Shown piece by piece: positions 47,517-60,320 of a stretch of 64,000 nt of DNA. The stretch comes from Eledone cirrhosa (taxonomy: Eukaryota): assembly GCA_964016885.1 (NCBI GenBank), contig OZ024740.1, positions 267,034,001-267,098,000 of the forward strand, read 5' to 3'. Below the pieces are notes generated by a model. The model made no database searches. It was not told the DNA's origin and saw only the letters and a program-made list of their open reading frames with translations. The first letter of the stretch is position 1, and the number at the start of each line of letters is the position of its first letter. The position numbers and the translations under genes are program-made.

Positions 47517-48457
47517 AATTACGGTGCAGTTTATCGAATAATTTTCTTTTATAGATATCTTGTGAATTTGAATTTTTTTATCTTGACTAATATTTATATG
47601 TATAGTCTAGACTTAGAAAATCAAGTAACCAAAGGGTTGCATCCTAACAAATATTGCCTCGCGATATATCAACGACTATCTATACGTTAGCGAATTTCTT
47701 CAACTTTTTTTTAACGACAAAGTATGATTTTTAAATTTGATTGTTATTTCTAGCAGTTCCAAAAACAGCGTAGAACCTCTTTGGCTGGCTAATCTTTTTA
47801 TATTTGGAAGTCTTTAAATACGGAAACTCTATAGATAATGAACACAACCACAAGTATAGCGTCCGAACGTGGAAGAGCTGAACTCTCACTGTCATCGCCT
47901 CCATCACTCTCGCTTTACCCATCTTTCTCTATGGAGAAAAAATGGGGTCCCGCGTGTTGGTTTCCCCACAGCCCCGGCGGGCAGAATGGAGAAGGCGTTT
48001 TCCCGGAGGTTAGTAAGGAATATGCACTGGATGAGCCATTCTAACTCCGAGGCCCAAACCTGCGTCTAGCCAGCTCAGCGCCAATTGTGGTGCGTAGAGA
48101 AGTAGCCCTAGGGCCAAGTACACCAGAAGTCTCTACTGCAGAGGGCACGACCGCAAACCTGTCGTAGAAGGATCGGTACTTGCCTTGTCAAACACGTTTA
48201 CGTTTCTCCCAATTTAGTGAAAGTTGTACAAATTTAGAAGCTGTTGATTAACAATGTAAATACAACGTTATGAATAGTTACTAATATTTAGCATCTAGGT
48301 CAAGTACTTTTGTCAAACCCAGGTTAGCATAATTACAACATTGGTAAAATATACAGTACTGGATATAGTAATAGACGGGAAGTTAGTCAGAAGAAATATT
48401 TGAGATTCTATCAAACACAACACAATATGAAATCGAAGGAAAAAAAGAAGCATATAA

Positions 48458-48529
48458 AGGTTCCAGCGAGTTCGAACTCACGACCTTCTGCGTGTAAAGC
48501 TGATGTGATAACCACTACACCATGGAACC
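48458..48529 (-). tRNA. tRNA-Val-TAC: tRNA-Val(TAC), 1-nt T-loop deletion
   Basis: As 23183-23254. Confidence 0.5.
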
Positions 48530-48650
48530 AGATAATTACTTCGATCAAATATTGTCTTATCAAACACATTTTCATAGGTTTTAATTTAGTGAAATTGAAA
48601 CAAATATAAATGTGCTTGATGAGGCAATATTTGCTGAACAGTAAACGTAT

Positions 48651-48723
48651 GGTTCCATGGTGTAGTGGTTATCACATCTGCTTCACACGCGGAAGGTCGT
48701 GAGTTCGAAACTCGCTGGAACCT
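48651..48723 (+). tRNA. tRNA-Val-CAC: tRNA-Val(CAC)
   Basis: Near consensus. Confidence 0.72.
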
Positions 48724-48812
48724 TACTTTCGCTCTATTAGTTTTTTTATCAGTTGTGTTTTATTTGTCAGCATCTCACATATTTCCTTTATCTATCTCTT
48801 CCATTATTTCTA

Positions 48813-48916
48813 ATCCCACGAGGATGACTTTGCCTTTCAACCTTACCGGGTCGATAAAATAAAGTACAGGTAATGCACTGGGTAAAATTGTTGGCCTTGA
48901 GCCTAAAGTAGAAACA
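48813..48916 (+). mobile_element. SINE fragment
   Basis: As 24-127. Confidence 0.7.
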
Positions 48917-49106
48917 ATTATTTCTATATCCAGTGTTGTTTACTTTTCCAATGATGGAAAACTTTAGCCATTCTTCCTTTTTTCAAATACTTTAAAAACA
49001 AAAGGAAGCATCTTTAGATGTAAATGAAATATTTTTTTTATTTTTAAATTAAAATTTAATATTAAGTGTGATTATACCGAATATTGAACTCCCGACAATT
49101 TGACTA

Positions 49107-49179
49107 AGATTCCAGTGAGTCTCAAACTCACGACCTTCTGCGTGTAAAGCAGATGTGATAACCACTACACCATGGAACC
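49107..49179 (-). tRNA. tRNA-Val-TAC: tRNA-Val(TAC), chimeric
   Basis: As 318-390. Confidence 0.5.
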
Positions 49180-49300
49180 AGATGATAGCTTCTATCAAAT
49201 ATTATATTATCAAACACACTTACATTTGTTTTAATTTAGTGAAATTGAAACAAATATAAATGTGCTTGATGAGGCAATATTTGGTCGACAATCAATGTAC

Positions 49301-49373
49301 GGTTCCATGGTGTAGTGGTTATCACATCTGCTTAACACGCAGAAGGTCGTGCGTTCGAAACTCGCTGGAACCT
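49301..49373 (+). tRNA. tRNA-Val-AAC: tRNA-Val(AAC), T-stem variant
   Basis: As 13444-13516. Confidence 0.68.
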
Positions 49374-49644
49374 TAGTTTCGCTATATTAATTTTTGTTCC
49401 TCAGTTGTGTTTCATTCGTCAGCATCTCACATATTTCCTCTATCTATCTATTCCATTATTTCTATATCCAGTGTTGTTTACTTTACCAATGATGGAAAAC
49501 TTTAGCTCTTCTTCCTTTTATCAAATACTTTAAAAACAAAAGGAAGCATCTTTAGATGTATACGAAATATTTTTTTTATTTTTAAATTAAAATTTAATAT
49601 TAAGTGTGATTATACCGAATATTGAACTCCCGACAATTTGACTA

Positions 49645-49717
49645 AGGTTCCAGTGAGTCTCAAACTCATGACCTTCTGTGTGCTAATCAGACGTGATAGC
49701 CACTACACTATGGGAGC
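49645..49717 (-). pseudogene. Decayed Val-type tRNA (AGC)
   Basis: As 2394-2466. Confidence 0.7.
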
Positions 49718-50658
49718 AGTTACGGTCCAGTTTATCGAATAATTTTCTTTTTATAGATATCTTGTGAACTTGAATTTTTTTATCTTGACTAATATTTATA
49801 TGTATAGTCTAGACTTAGAAAAGCTAGTAACCAAAGGGTTGAATCCTAACAAATATTGCCTCGCGATATATCAACGACTAGCTATACTTTAGCAAATTTC
49901 TTCAATTTTTTTTAAACGACAAAATATGATTTTTAAATTTGATTGTTATTTCTAGCAGTTCCAAAAACAGCGTAGAACCTTTTTGGCTGGCTAATCTTTT
50001 TATAATTGGAAGTGTTTAAATACGCAAACTCTATAGATAATGAACACAACCACAAGTATAGGGTCCGAACGTGGAAGAGCTGAACTATCACTGTCATCGC
50101 CTCCATCACTCTCCTCCTCCCCATCTTTCTGTATGGTGAACAAATGGGGTCACACGTGTTGGTCTCCCCACAGCCCCGGCGGACAGAATGGAGAAGGCGG
50201 TTTCCCGGAGGTTAGTAAGGAAGATACACTGGAAGAGCCATTCTAACTCCGAGGCTCAAACCTGCGTCTAGCCAGCTCAGCGCCAATTGTGGTGCGTAGG
50301 GAAGTAGCCCTAGAGCCAAGTACACCAGAAGTCTTTAGTGCAGAGGGCACGACCGCAAACCTGTCGTAGAGCGATCGGTACTTGCCTTGTCAAACATGTT
50401 TACGTTTCTCCCAATTTAGTGAAAGTTGTACAAATTTAGAAGCTGTTGATTAACAATGTAAATACAACGTTATTAATGGTTAATAATATTTAGCATCTAC
50501 GTCAAGTACTTTTGTCAAACCCAGGTCAGCACAATTCCAGCATTGGTAAAATATACAGACTGGATATAGTAATTGACGGGAAGTTAGTCAGACGAAATAT
50601 CTGAGATTCTATCAAACACAACACAATATCAAATAGAAGGGAATAATGAAGCAGATAA

Positions 50659-50731
50659 AGGTTCCAGCGAGTTTCGAACTCACGACCTTCTGCGTGTAAA
50701 GCAGATGTGATAACCACTACACTATGGAACC
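50659..50731 (-). tRNA. tRNA-Val-TAC: tRNA-Val(TAC)
   Basis: Intact cloverleaf. Confidence 0.8.
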
Positions 50732-50852
50732 AGATGATTGCTTCGATCAAATATTGTCTTATCAAACACATTTTCATTGGTTTTAATTTAGTGAAATTGA
50801 AACAAATATAAATGTGCTTGATGAGCCAATATTTGGTCAGCAACAAACGAAC

Positions 50853-50925
50853 GGTTCCATGGTGTAGTGGTTATCACATCTGCTTAACACGTGGAAGGTC
50901 GGGAGTTCGAAACTCGCTGGAACCT
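50853..50925 (+). tRNA. tRNA-Val-AAC: tRNA-Val(AAC), variant
   Basis: Stem changes. Confidence 0.58.
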
Positions 50926-51193
50926 TAGTATCGTTCTATAATTTTTTTTTTCTCAGTTGTGTTTTATTCGTCAGCATCTCACATATTTCCTCTATCTATC
51001 TTTTCAATTATTTCTATATCCAGTGTTGTTTACTTTTCCAATGATGGAAAACTTTAGCTCTTCTTCCTTTTTTCAAATACTTTAAAAACAAAAGGAAGCA
51101 TCTTTAGATGTAAATGAAATATTATTTTTTAAAAATTAAAATTTAATATTAAGTGTGATTATACTGAATATTGAATTCCTGAATTTTTTGCTA

Positions 51194-51266
51194 AGGTTCC
51201 AGTGAGTCTCAAACTCATGACCTTCTGTGTGCTAAGCAGACGTGATAACCACTACACTATGGGAGC
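51194..51266 (-). pseudogene. Decayed Val-type tRNA (AGC)
   Basis: As 854-926. Confidence 0.7.
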
Positions 51267-51397
51267 AATTACGGTCCATTTTATCGAATCATTTTCTTTC
51301 ATAGATATCTTGTGATTTTGAAATAATATTTTTTTAAAATTAAAATGTTATAATAATAGTGATTATACCGAATATTGAACTCCCGACAATTTGACTA

Positions 51398-51470
51398 AGG
51401 TTCCAGTGAATCTCAAACTCATGACCTTCTGTGTGCTAAGCAGACGTTATAACCACTACACCATGGGAGC
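51398..51470 (-). pseudogene. Decayed Val-type tRNA (AGC), local tandem duplicate
   Basis: ~204-bp duplication. Confidence 0.68.
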
Positions 51471-51566
51471 AATTAGGGTCCATTTTATCGAATCATTTTC
51501 TTTTATACATACCTTTTGATTTTGAATTTTTTTATCTTGACTAATATTTATATGTATAGTCTAGAC

Positions 51567-52240
51567 CAAAGGTTCTCAACGGGGGGCATATACACCCCCG
51601 GAGGGGCGTCTCAGAACTCCAGAGGAGGGGGCGTTTGGAGCTTTGTTAGGGAGCGCTGGAAGTCTCTTTATTTTGGTAAGTTTTATAAGCCATATTTGTA
51701 TGTCTTTGAGACAGCCAGTGTGAATGCATTTGAATGAGCTTGCAGCCAACATAACTATAGTCTGACCGCAGCTGTGAGCAGATGTGCAGGCATGTCCGGC
51801 AATTGAGACGTTAACCGGTAATTGAGATCCTAAAAATGGAAAAACCCACAGTCAACTGAGTCAAGACACTTTGAGCGCAGCCAGTTAGAATCTTATTTTT
51901 CCTTCACCGATAACAATGTATTTCATGTATGAAATTATTGACTCAACTGCAACGAGTTAACACTATGTAGATCTATTTTATTCCCTATTGTATAAATAAT
52001 ATTACGAATAAAAAAAAGAAAAGAAAAAAACAGAAGCGAGTAGCACACACATCTAGGACCACATACAACACATAATCAGATAATACACACGTCTTTGGAA
52101 TATTGTTAATCAATTTTTTTATTAATCTACTGTTATAAAAATCAGTAGTATATTGAAAAATGGAAAAATAGGGGAGGGCGCGTTTCGTGATTTCGGGGGA
52201 CAAAAGGGGGCGTTTGGCCTAAATGGGTTGAGAACCTGTG
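51567..52240. mobile_element. Non-autonomous hAT (Charlie-like) DNA transposon/MITE, 674 bp
   Basis: 8-bp TSD GTCTAGAC (51559-51566, 52241-52248); TIRs CAAAGGTTCTCAAC / GTTGAGAACCTGTG (13/14); subterminal GGGGGCGTTTGG motifs; absent from all other units. Confidence 0.93.
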
Positions 52241-53093
52241 GTCTAGACTTAGAAAAGCTAGTAACTAAAGGGTTGCATCCTAACAAATATTGCCTCGCGA
52301 TATATCAACGACTATCTATACGTTAGCGAATTTCTTCAATTTTTTTTTAACGACAAAATATGATTTTTAAATTTGATTGTTATTTCTAGCAGTTCGAAAA
52401 ACAGCGTAGAACCTCTTTGGCTGGCTAATCTTTTTATATTTGGAAGTGTTTAAATACGGAAACTCTATAGATAATGAACACAACCACAAGGATATAGTCC
52501 CAACGTGGAAGATCTGAACTCTCACTGTCATCGCCTCCATCACCCTCGACCTCCCCATCTTTCTGTATGGTGAAAAAATGGTGGCCCACGTGTTGGTCTA
52601 CCCACAGCCCCGGCGGACAGAATGGAGAAGGCGTTTTCCCGGAGGTTAGTAAGGAATAAGCACTGGAAGAGCCATTCTAACTCCGAGGCGCAAACCTGCG
52701 TCTAGCCAGCTCAGCGCCAATTGTGGTGCGTAGAGAAGCAGCACTAGGGCCAAGTACACCAGAAGTCTCTACTGCAGAGCGCACGACCGCAAACCTGACG
52801 TAGGGCGATCGGTACTTGCCTTGTCAAACACGTTTACGTTTCTCCCAATTTAGTGAAAGTTGTACAAATTTAGAAGCTGTTGATTAACAATGTAAATACA
52901 TCGTTATGAATGGTTACTAATATTTAGCATCTATGTCAAGTACTTTTGTCAAACCCAGGTCAGCATAATTTCAACATTGGTAAAATATACAGTACTGGAT
53001 ATAGTAATCGAAGGGAAGTTAGTCAGAAGAAATATCAGAGATTCTATCAAACACAACACAATATGAAATAGAAGTAAAAAAAGAAGCATATAA

Positions 53094-53166
53094 AGTTTCC
53101 AGCGAGTTTCGAACTCACGACCTTCTGCGTGTAAAGCAGATGTGATAACTACTACACCATGGAACC
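53094..53166 (-). tRNA. tRNA-Val-TAC: tRNA-Val(TAC), variant
   Basis: Two changes from consensus. Confidence 0.58.
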
Positions 53167-53286
53167 AGATGATAGCTTCGATCAACTATTGTGTTATCAA
53201 ACATATTTACGTTTGATTAATTTAGTGAAATTGAAACAAATATAAATGTTCTTGATGAGGCAATATTTGGTCGACTATTAATGTAC

Positions 53287-53359
53287 GGTTTCATGGTGTA
53301 GTGGTTATCACATCTGCTTAACACGTAGAAGATCGTGAGTTCGAAACTGGCTGGAACTT
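53287..53359 (+). tRNA. tRNA-Val-AAC: tRNA-Val(AAC), degenerate
   Basis: Several changes. Confidence 0.52.
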
Positions 53360-53630
53360 TAGTTTCGCTCTATTCTTTTTTTCTATTCTCAGTTGTGTTT
53401 TATTTGTCAGCATCTCACATATTTCCTCTATCTATCTCTTCCATTATTTCTATATCCAGTGTTGTTTACTTTTACAATGATGGAAAACTTTAGCTCTTCT
53501 TCCTTTTATCAAATACTTTAAAAACAAAAGGAACCATATTTAGTTTTAAATGAAATATTATTGTTTTTTTAATTAAAATTTAATATTAAGTGTGATTATA
53601 CCGAATATTGAACTCCCGACAATTTGACTA

Positions 53631-53703
53631 AGGTTCCAGTGAGTCTCAAACTCATGACCTTCTGTGTGCTAAGCAGACGTGATAGCCACTACACTATGGG
53701 AGC
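53631..53703 (-). pseudogene. Decayed Val-type tRNA (AGC)
   Basis: As 854-926. Confidence 0.7.
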
Positions 53704-54631
53704 AATTACGGTCCAGTTTATCGAATAAATTTCTTTTATAGATATCTTGCGAATTTGAATTTTTTTATCTTGACTAATATTTATATGTATAGTCTAGACT
53801 TAGAAAAGCTAGTAACCAAAGGGTTGCATCCTAACAAATATTGCCTCGCGATATATCAACGACTATCTATACGTTAGCGAAATTCTTCAATTTTTTGTTA
53901 ACGACAAAGCATGATTTTCAAATTTGATTGTTATTTCTAGCAGTTCCAAAAACAGCGTAGAACCTCTTTGGCTGGCTAATCTTTTTATATTTGGAAGTGT
54001 TTAAATACGGTAACTCTATAGATAATGAACACAACCACAAGTATAGGGTCCGAATGTAGCAGAGCTTAACTCTCACTGTCATCGCCTCCATCACTCTCGC
54101 CCTCCCCATCTTTCTGTATGGTGAACAAATGGGGTCCCACGTGTTGGTCTCCCACAGCCCCGGCGGACAGAATGGAGAAGGCGTTTTCCCGGAGGTTAGT
54201 AAGGAATATGCACTGAAAGAGCCATTCTAACTCCATGGCCCAAACCTGCGTCTAGCCAGCTCAGCGCCAATTGTGGTACGTAGGGATGTAGCCCTAGGGC
54301 CAAGTACACCAGAAGTCTCTACTGCAGAGGGCACGACCGCAAACCTGTCGTAGAGCGATCGGTTCTTGCCCTGTCAAACACGTTTACGTTTCTCCCAATT
54401 TAGTGAAAGTTGTACAAATTTAGAAGCTGTTGATTAACAATGTAAATACAACGTTATAAATGGTTACTAATATTTAGCATCTACGTCAAGTACTTTTGTC
54501 AAACCCAGGTCAGCACAATTCCAACATTGGTAAAATATACAGTAGTCGATATAGTAATCGACGGGAAGTTAGTCAGAAGATATATCTGAGATTCTATCAA
54601 ACACAACACAATATGAAATAGAAGCATATAA

Positions 54632-54704
54632 AGGTTTCAGCGAGTTTCGAACTCACGACCTTCTGCGTGTAAAGCAGATGTAATAACCACTACACCATGG
54701 AACC
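54632..54704 (-). tRNA. tRNA-Val-TAC: tRNA-Val(TAC), variant
   Basis: Two changes from consensus. Confidence 0.6.
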
Positions 54705-54825
54705 AGATGATTGCTTCGATCAAATATTGTATTATCAAACACATTTACATTTGTTTTAATTAAGTGAAATTGAAACAAATATAAATGTGCTTGATGAGGC
54801 AATATTTGGTGAACAGTAAACGTAT

Positions 54826-54898
54826 GGTTCCATGGTGTAGTGGTTATCACATCTGCTTCACACGCGGAAGGTCGTGAGTTCGAAACTCGCTGGAACCT
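54826..54898 (+). tRNA. tRNA-Val-CAC: tRNA-Val(CAC)
   Basis: Near consensus. Confidence 0.72.
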
Positions 54899-55198
54899 TA
54901 CTTTCGCTCTATTATTTTTTTTTATCAGTTGTGTTTTATTTGTCAGCATCTCACATATTTCCTTTATCTATCTCTTCCATTATTGATTAACAATGTAAAT
55001 ACAACGTTATGAATGGTTACTAATATTTAGCATCTACGTCAAGTACTTTTGTCAAACCCAGGTCAGCACAATTCCAACATTGGTAAAATATACAGTAGTC
55101 GATATAGTAATCGACGGGAAGTTAGTCAGAAGAAATATCTGAGATTCTATCAAACACAACAAAATATGAAATAGAAGGAAAAAAAAAGAAGCATATGA

Positions 55199-55271
55199 AG
55201 GTTCCAGCGAGTTTCGAACATACGACCTTCTGCGTGTAAAGCAGATGTGATAACCACTACACCATGGAACC
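55199..55271 (-). tRNA. tRNA-Val-TAC: tRNA-Val(TAC), T-stem variant
   Basis: Two T-stem changes. Confidence 0.55.
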
Positions 55272-55392
55272 AGATGATTGCTTCGATCAAATATTGTCTT
55301 ATCAAACACATTTTCATAGGTTTTAATTTATTGAAATTGAAACAAATATAAATGTGGTTGATGAGGCAATATTTGGTGGACAGTAAACGTAT

Positions 55393-55465
55393 GGTTCCAT
55401 GGTGTAGTGGTTATCACATCTGCTTCACACGCAGAAGGTCGTGAGTTCGAAACTCGCTGGAACCT
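55393..55465 (+). tRNA. tRNA-Val-CAC: tRNA-Val(CAC)
   Basis: Consensus. Confidence 0.8.
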
Positions 55466-55555
55466 TACTTTCGCTCTATTATTTTTTTTTATCAGTTGTG
55501 TTTTATTTGTCAGCATCTCACATATTTCCTTTATCTATCTCTGCCATTATTTCTA

Positions 55556-55660
55556 ATCCCGCCGAGGTTGACTTTGCCTTTCATCCTTACCGGGTCGATA
55601 AAATAAAGTACAGGTAATGCACTGGGTAAAATTGCTGGCCTTGTGCCTAAAGTAGAAACA
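55556..55660 (+). mobile_element. SINE fragment
   Basis: As 24-127. Confidence 0.7.
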
Positions 55661-55849
55661 ATTATTTCTATATCCAGTGTTGCTTAGTTTTCCAATGATG
55701 GAAAACTTTAGACCTTCTTCTTTTTTCAAATATTTTAAAAGCAAAAGGATGCATCTTTAGATGTAAATGAAATATTTTTTTTAATTTTAAATTAAAATTT
55801 AATATTAAGTGTGATTATACCGAATATTGAACTCCAGACAATTTGACTA

Positions 55850-55922
55850 AGATTCCAATGAGTCTCAAACTCATGAGCTTCTTTGTGCCAAGCAGACGTG
55901 ATAGCCACTACACTATGGGAGC
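55850..55922 (-). pseudogene. Decayed Val-type tRNA (GGC anticodon variant)
   Basis: As 854-926, more diverged. Confidence 0.62.
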
Positions 55923-56862
55923 AATTACGGTCCAGTTTATCGAATAATTTTCTTTTATAGATATCTTGTGAATTTGAATTTTTTCATCTTGACTAATATT
56001 TATATGTATAGTCTAGACTTAGAAAAGCTAGTAACTAAAGGGTTGCATCCTAACAAATATTGCCTCGCGATATATCAACGACTATCTAGACGTTAGCGAA
56101 TTTCTTCAATTTTTTTTAACGACAAAGTATGATTTTCAAATTTGATTGTTATTTCTAGCAGTTCCAAAAACAGCGTAGAACCTCTTTGGCCGGCTAATCT
56201 TTTTATATTTGCAAGTGTTTAAATACGGAAACTCTATAGATAATGAACACAACCACAAGTATAGGTTCCGAATGTGGAAGAGCTGAACTCTCACTGTCAT
56301 CGCCTCCATCACTCTCGCCCTCCCCATCTTTCTGTATGGTGAAAAAATGGGGTCCCACGTGTTGGTCTACCCACAGCCCCGGCGGACAGAATGGAGAAGG
56401 CGTTTTCCCGGAGGTTAGTAAGGAATATGCACTGGAAGAGCCATTCTAACTCCGAGGCCCAAACCTGCGTCTAGCCAGCTCAGCGCCAATTGTGGTGCGT
56501 AGGGAAGTAGCCCTAGAGCCAAGTACACCAGAAGTCTCTACTGCAGAGGGCACGACCGCAAACCTGTCGTAGAGGGATCGGTTCTTGCCCTGTCAAACAC
56601 GTTTACGTTTCTCCCAATTTAGTGAAAGTTGTATAAATTTAGAAGCTGTTGATTAACAATGTAAATACAACGTTATTAATGGTTACTAATATTTAGCATC
56701 TACGTCAAGTACTTTTGTCAAACCCAGGTCAGCACAATTCCAACATTGGTAAAATATACAGTACTGGATATAGTAATAGACGGGAAGTTAGTCAGAAGAA
56801 ATATCTGAGATTCTATCAAACACAACACAATATGAAATCGAAGGAAAAAAAGAAGCATATAA

Positions 56863-56935
56863 AGGTTCCAGCGAGTTTCGAACTCACGACCTTCTGCGTG
56901 TAAAGCAGATGTGATAACCACTACACCATGGAACC
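56863..56935 (-). tRNA. tRNA-Val-TAC: tRNA-Val(TAC)
   Basis: Consensus. Confidence 0.8.
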
Positions 56936-57055
56936 AGATGACTGTTCGATCAAGTATTGTCTTATCAAACATATTTACATTTGTTTTAGCTTAGTGAAAT
57001 TGAAACAAATATAAATGTGCTTGATGAGGCAATATTTGTTCAACAAAAAACGTGC

Positions 57056-57128
57056 AGTTTCATGGTGTAGTGGTTATCACATCTGCTTCACATGAGGAAG
57101 GTCGTGAGTTCGAAACTCGCTGGAACCT
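57056..57128 (+). tRNA. tRNA-Val-CAC: tRNA-Val(CAC), degenerate
   Basis: Several changes. Confidence 0.5.
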
Positions 57129-57398
57129 TACTTTCGCTCTATCATTTTTTTTTTCCTCAGTTGTGTTTCATTCGTCAGCATCTCACATATTTCCTCTATC
57201 TATCTCTTCCATTATTTCTAAATCCAGTGTTGTTTACTTTTCCAATGATGGAAAACTTTAGCTCTTCTTCCTTTTTTCATATACTTTAAACACAAAAGGA
57301 AGCATTTTTAGATGTAAATGAAATATTATTGTTTTTTTAATAAAAATTTAATATTAAGTGTGATTATACCGAATATTGAACTCCCGAATTTTTTACTA

Positions 57399-57471
57399 AG
57401 GTTCCAGTGAGTCTCAAACTCATGACCTTCGGTGTGCTAAGCAGACGTGATAGCCACTACACTATGGGAGC
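57399..57471 (-). pseudogene. Decayed Val-type tRNA (AGC)
   Basis: As 854-926. Confidence 0.68.
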
Positions 57472-58398
57472 AATTACGGTCCATTTTATCGAATAATTTT
57501 CTTTTATACATATATTTTGATTTTGAATTTTTTTGTCTTGACTAATATTTATATGTATAGTCTAGACTTAGAAAAGATAGTAACCAAAGGGTTGCATCCT
57601 AACAAATATTGCCTCGCGATATATCAACGACTAGCTATACGTTAGCGAATTTCTTCAATTTTTTTTTAACGACAATGTATGACTTTCAAATTTGATTGTT
57701 ATTTCTAGCAGTTCCAAAAACAGCGTAGAACCTCTTTGGCCGGCTCATCTTTTTATATTTGGAAGTGTTTAAATACGGAAACTCTATAGATAATGAACAC
57801 AACCACAAGGATATAGTCCCAACGTGGAAGAGCTGAACTTTCACTGTCATCGCCTCCATCACTCTCGCTTTCCCCATCTTTCTGTATGGTGAAAATTGGG
57901 GTCCCACGTGTTGGGTCCCCACAGCCCCGGCGGACAGAATGGAGAAGGCGTTTTCCCGGAGGTTAGTAAGGAATATGCACTGGAAGAGCCATTCTAACTC
58001 CGAGGCCCAAACCTGCGTCTAGCCAGCTCAGCGCCAATTGTGGTGCGTAGGGAAGTAGCCCTAGAGCCAAGTACACCAGAAGTCTTGACTGCAGAGGGCA
58101 CGACCGCAAACCAGTCGCAGAGCGATCGGTACTTGCCCTGTCAAACACGTTTACGTTTCTCCCAATTTAGTGAAAGTTGTATAAATTTAGAAGCTGTTGA
58201 TTAACAATGTAAATACAACGTTATGAATGGTTACTAATATTTAGCATCTACGTCAAGTACTTTTGTCAAACCCAGGTCAGCACAATTCCAACATTGGTAA
58301 AATATACAGTACTGGATATAGTAATCGACGGGAAGTTAGTCAGAAGAAATATCTGAGATTCTATCAAACACAACACAATATGAAATAGAAGCATATGA

Positions 58399-58471
58399 AG
58401 GTTCCAGCGAGTTTCGAACTCACGACCTTCTGCGTGTAATGCAGATGTGAAAACCACTACACCATGGAACC
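58399..58471 (-). tRNA. tRNA-Val-TAC: tRNA-Val(TAC), variant
   Basis: Two loop changes. Confidence 0.62.
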
Positions 58472-58592
58472 AGATGATTGCTTCGATCAAATATTGTCTC
58501 ATCATACACATTTTCATAGGCTTTAATTTAGTGAAATTGAAACAAATATAAATGTGGTTGATGAGGCAATATTTGGTGAACAGTAAACGTAT

Positions 58593-58665
58593 GGTTCCAT
58601 GGTGTAGTGGTTATCACATCTGCTTCACACGCAGAAGGTCGTGAGTTCGAAACTCGCTGGAACCT
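58593..58665 (+). tRNA. tRNA-Val-CAC: tRNA-Val(CAC)
   Basis: Consensus. Confidence 0.8.
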
Positions 58666-58754
58666 TGGTTTCGCTCTATTATTTATTTTCTCAGTTGTGT
58701 TTTATTTGTCAGCATCTCACATATTTCCTTTATCTATCTCTTCCATTATTCCTA

Positions 58755-58859
58755 ATCCCGCCGAGGTTGACTTTGCCTTTCATCCTTACCGGGTCGATAA
58801 AATAAAGTACAGGTAATGCACTGGGTAAAATTGCTGGCCTTGTGCCTAAAGTAGAAACA
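58755..58859 (+). mobile_element. SINE fragment
   Basis: As 24-127. Confidence 0.7.
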
Positions 58860-59048
58860 ATTATTTCTATATCCAGTGTTGCTTAGTTTTCCAATGATGG
58901 AAAACTTTCGCCCTTCTTCTTTTTTCAAATACTTTAAAAGCAAAAAGAAGAATCTTTAGATGTAAATGAAATATTTTTTTTATTTTTAAATTAAAATTTA
59001 ATATTAAGTGGGATTATACCGAATATTGAACTCCCGACAATTTGACTA

Positions 59049-59121
59049 AGGTTCCAGTGAGTCTCAAACTCATGACCTTCTGTGTGCTAAGCAGACGTGA
59101 TAGCCACTACACTATGGGAGC
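59049..59121 (-). pseudogene. Decayed Val-type tRNA (AGC)
   Basis: As 854-926. Confidence 0.7.
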
Positions 59122-60053
59122 AATTACGGTCCAGTTTATCGAATAATTTTCTTTTATAGATATCTTGTGAATTTGAATTTTTTTATCTTGACTAATATTT
59201 ATATGTATAGTCTAGACTTAGAAAAGCTAGTAACCAAAGGGTTGCATCCTAACAAATATTGCCTCACGATATATCAACGACTATTTGCGGATTTCTTCAA
59301 TTTTTTTTAACGACAACATATGATTTTCAAATTTGATGGTTATTTCTAGCAGTTCGAAAAACATCGTAGAACCCCTTTCGCTGGCTAATCTTTTTATATT
59401 TGCAAGTGTTTAAATACGGAAACTCTATCGATAATGAACACAACCACAAGTATAGGGTCCGAATGTGGAAGAGCTTAACTCTCACTGTCATCGCCTCCAT
59501 CACTCTCGTCCTCCCCATCTTTCTGTATGGTGAAAAAATGGGGTCGTACGTGTTGGTCTCCCCACAGCCCCGGCGGACAGAATGGAGAAGGCGTTTTCCC
59601 GGAGGTTAGTAAGGAATATGCACTGGAAGAGCCATTCTAACTCCGAAGCCCAAACCTGCGTCTAGCCAGCTCAGCGCCAATTGTGGTGCGTAGGGAAGTA
59701 GCACTAGGGCCAAGTACACCAGAAGTCTTTAGTGCAGAGGGCACGACCGCAAACCTGTCGTAGAGCGATCGGTTCTTGCCCTGTCAAACACTTTTACGTT
59801 TCTCCCAATTTAGTGAAAGTTGTATGAATTTAGAAGCTGTTGATTAACAATGTAAATACAACGTTATGAATGGTTACTAATATTTAGCATCTAGGTCAAG
59901 TACTTTTGTCGAACCCAGGTCAGCACAATTCCAACATTGGTAAAATATTCAGTACTAGATATAGTAATCGACGGGAAGTTTATCAGAAGAAATATCTGAG
60001 ATTCTATCAAACACAACACAATATGAAATAGAAGGAAAAAAAGAAGCATATAA

Positions 60054-60126
60054 AGGTTCCAGCGAGTTTCGAACTCACGACCTTCTGCGTGTAAAGCAGA
60101 TGTGATAACCACTACACCATGGAACC
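60054..60126 (-). tRNA. tRNA-Val-TAC: tRNA-Val(TAC)
   Basis: Consensus. Confidence 0.8.
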
Positions 60127-60247
60127 AGATGATTGCTTCGATCAAGTATTGTCTTATCAAACATATTTACATTTGTTTTAGCTTAGTGAAATTGAAACAA
60201 ATATAAATGTGCTTGATGAGGCAATATTTGTTCAACAATAAACGTGC

Positions 60248-60320
60248 GGTTCCATGGTGTAGTGGTTATCACATCTGCTTAACACGCTGAAGGTCGTGAG
60301 TTCGAAAATCGCTGGAACCT
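60248..60320 (+). tRNA. tRNA-Val-AAC: tRNA-Val(AAC), variant
   Basis: Two stem changes. Confidence 0.58.

Noticed and set aside
51516-52203. ORFs within the hAT element as transposase
   Set aside because: Short (72-73 aa) and without transposase motifs; the element is non-autonomous.
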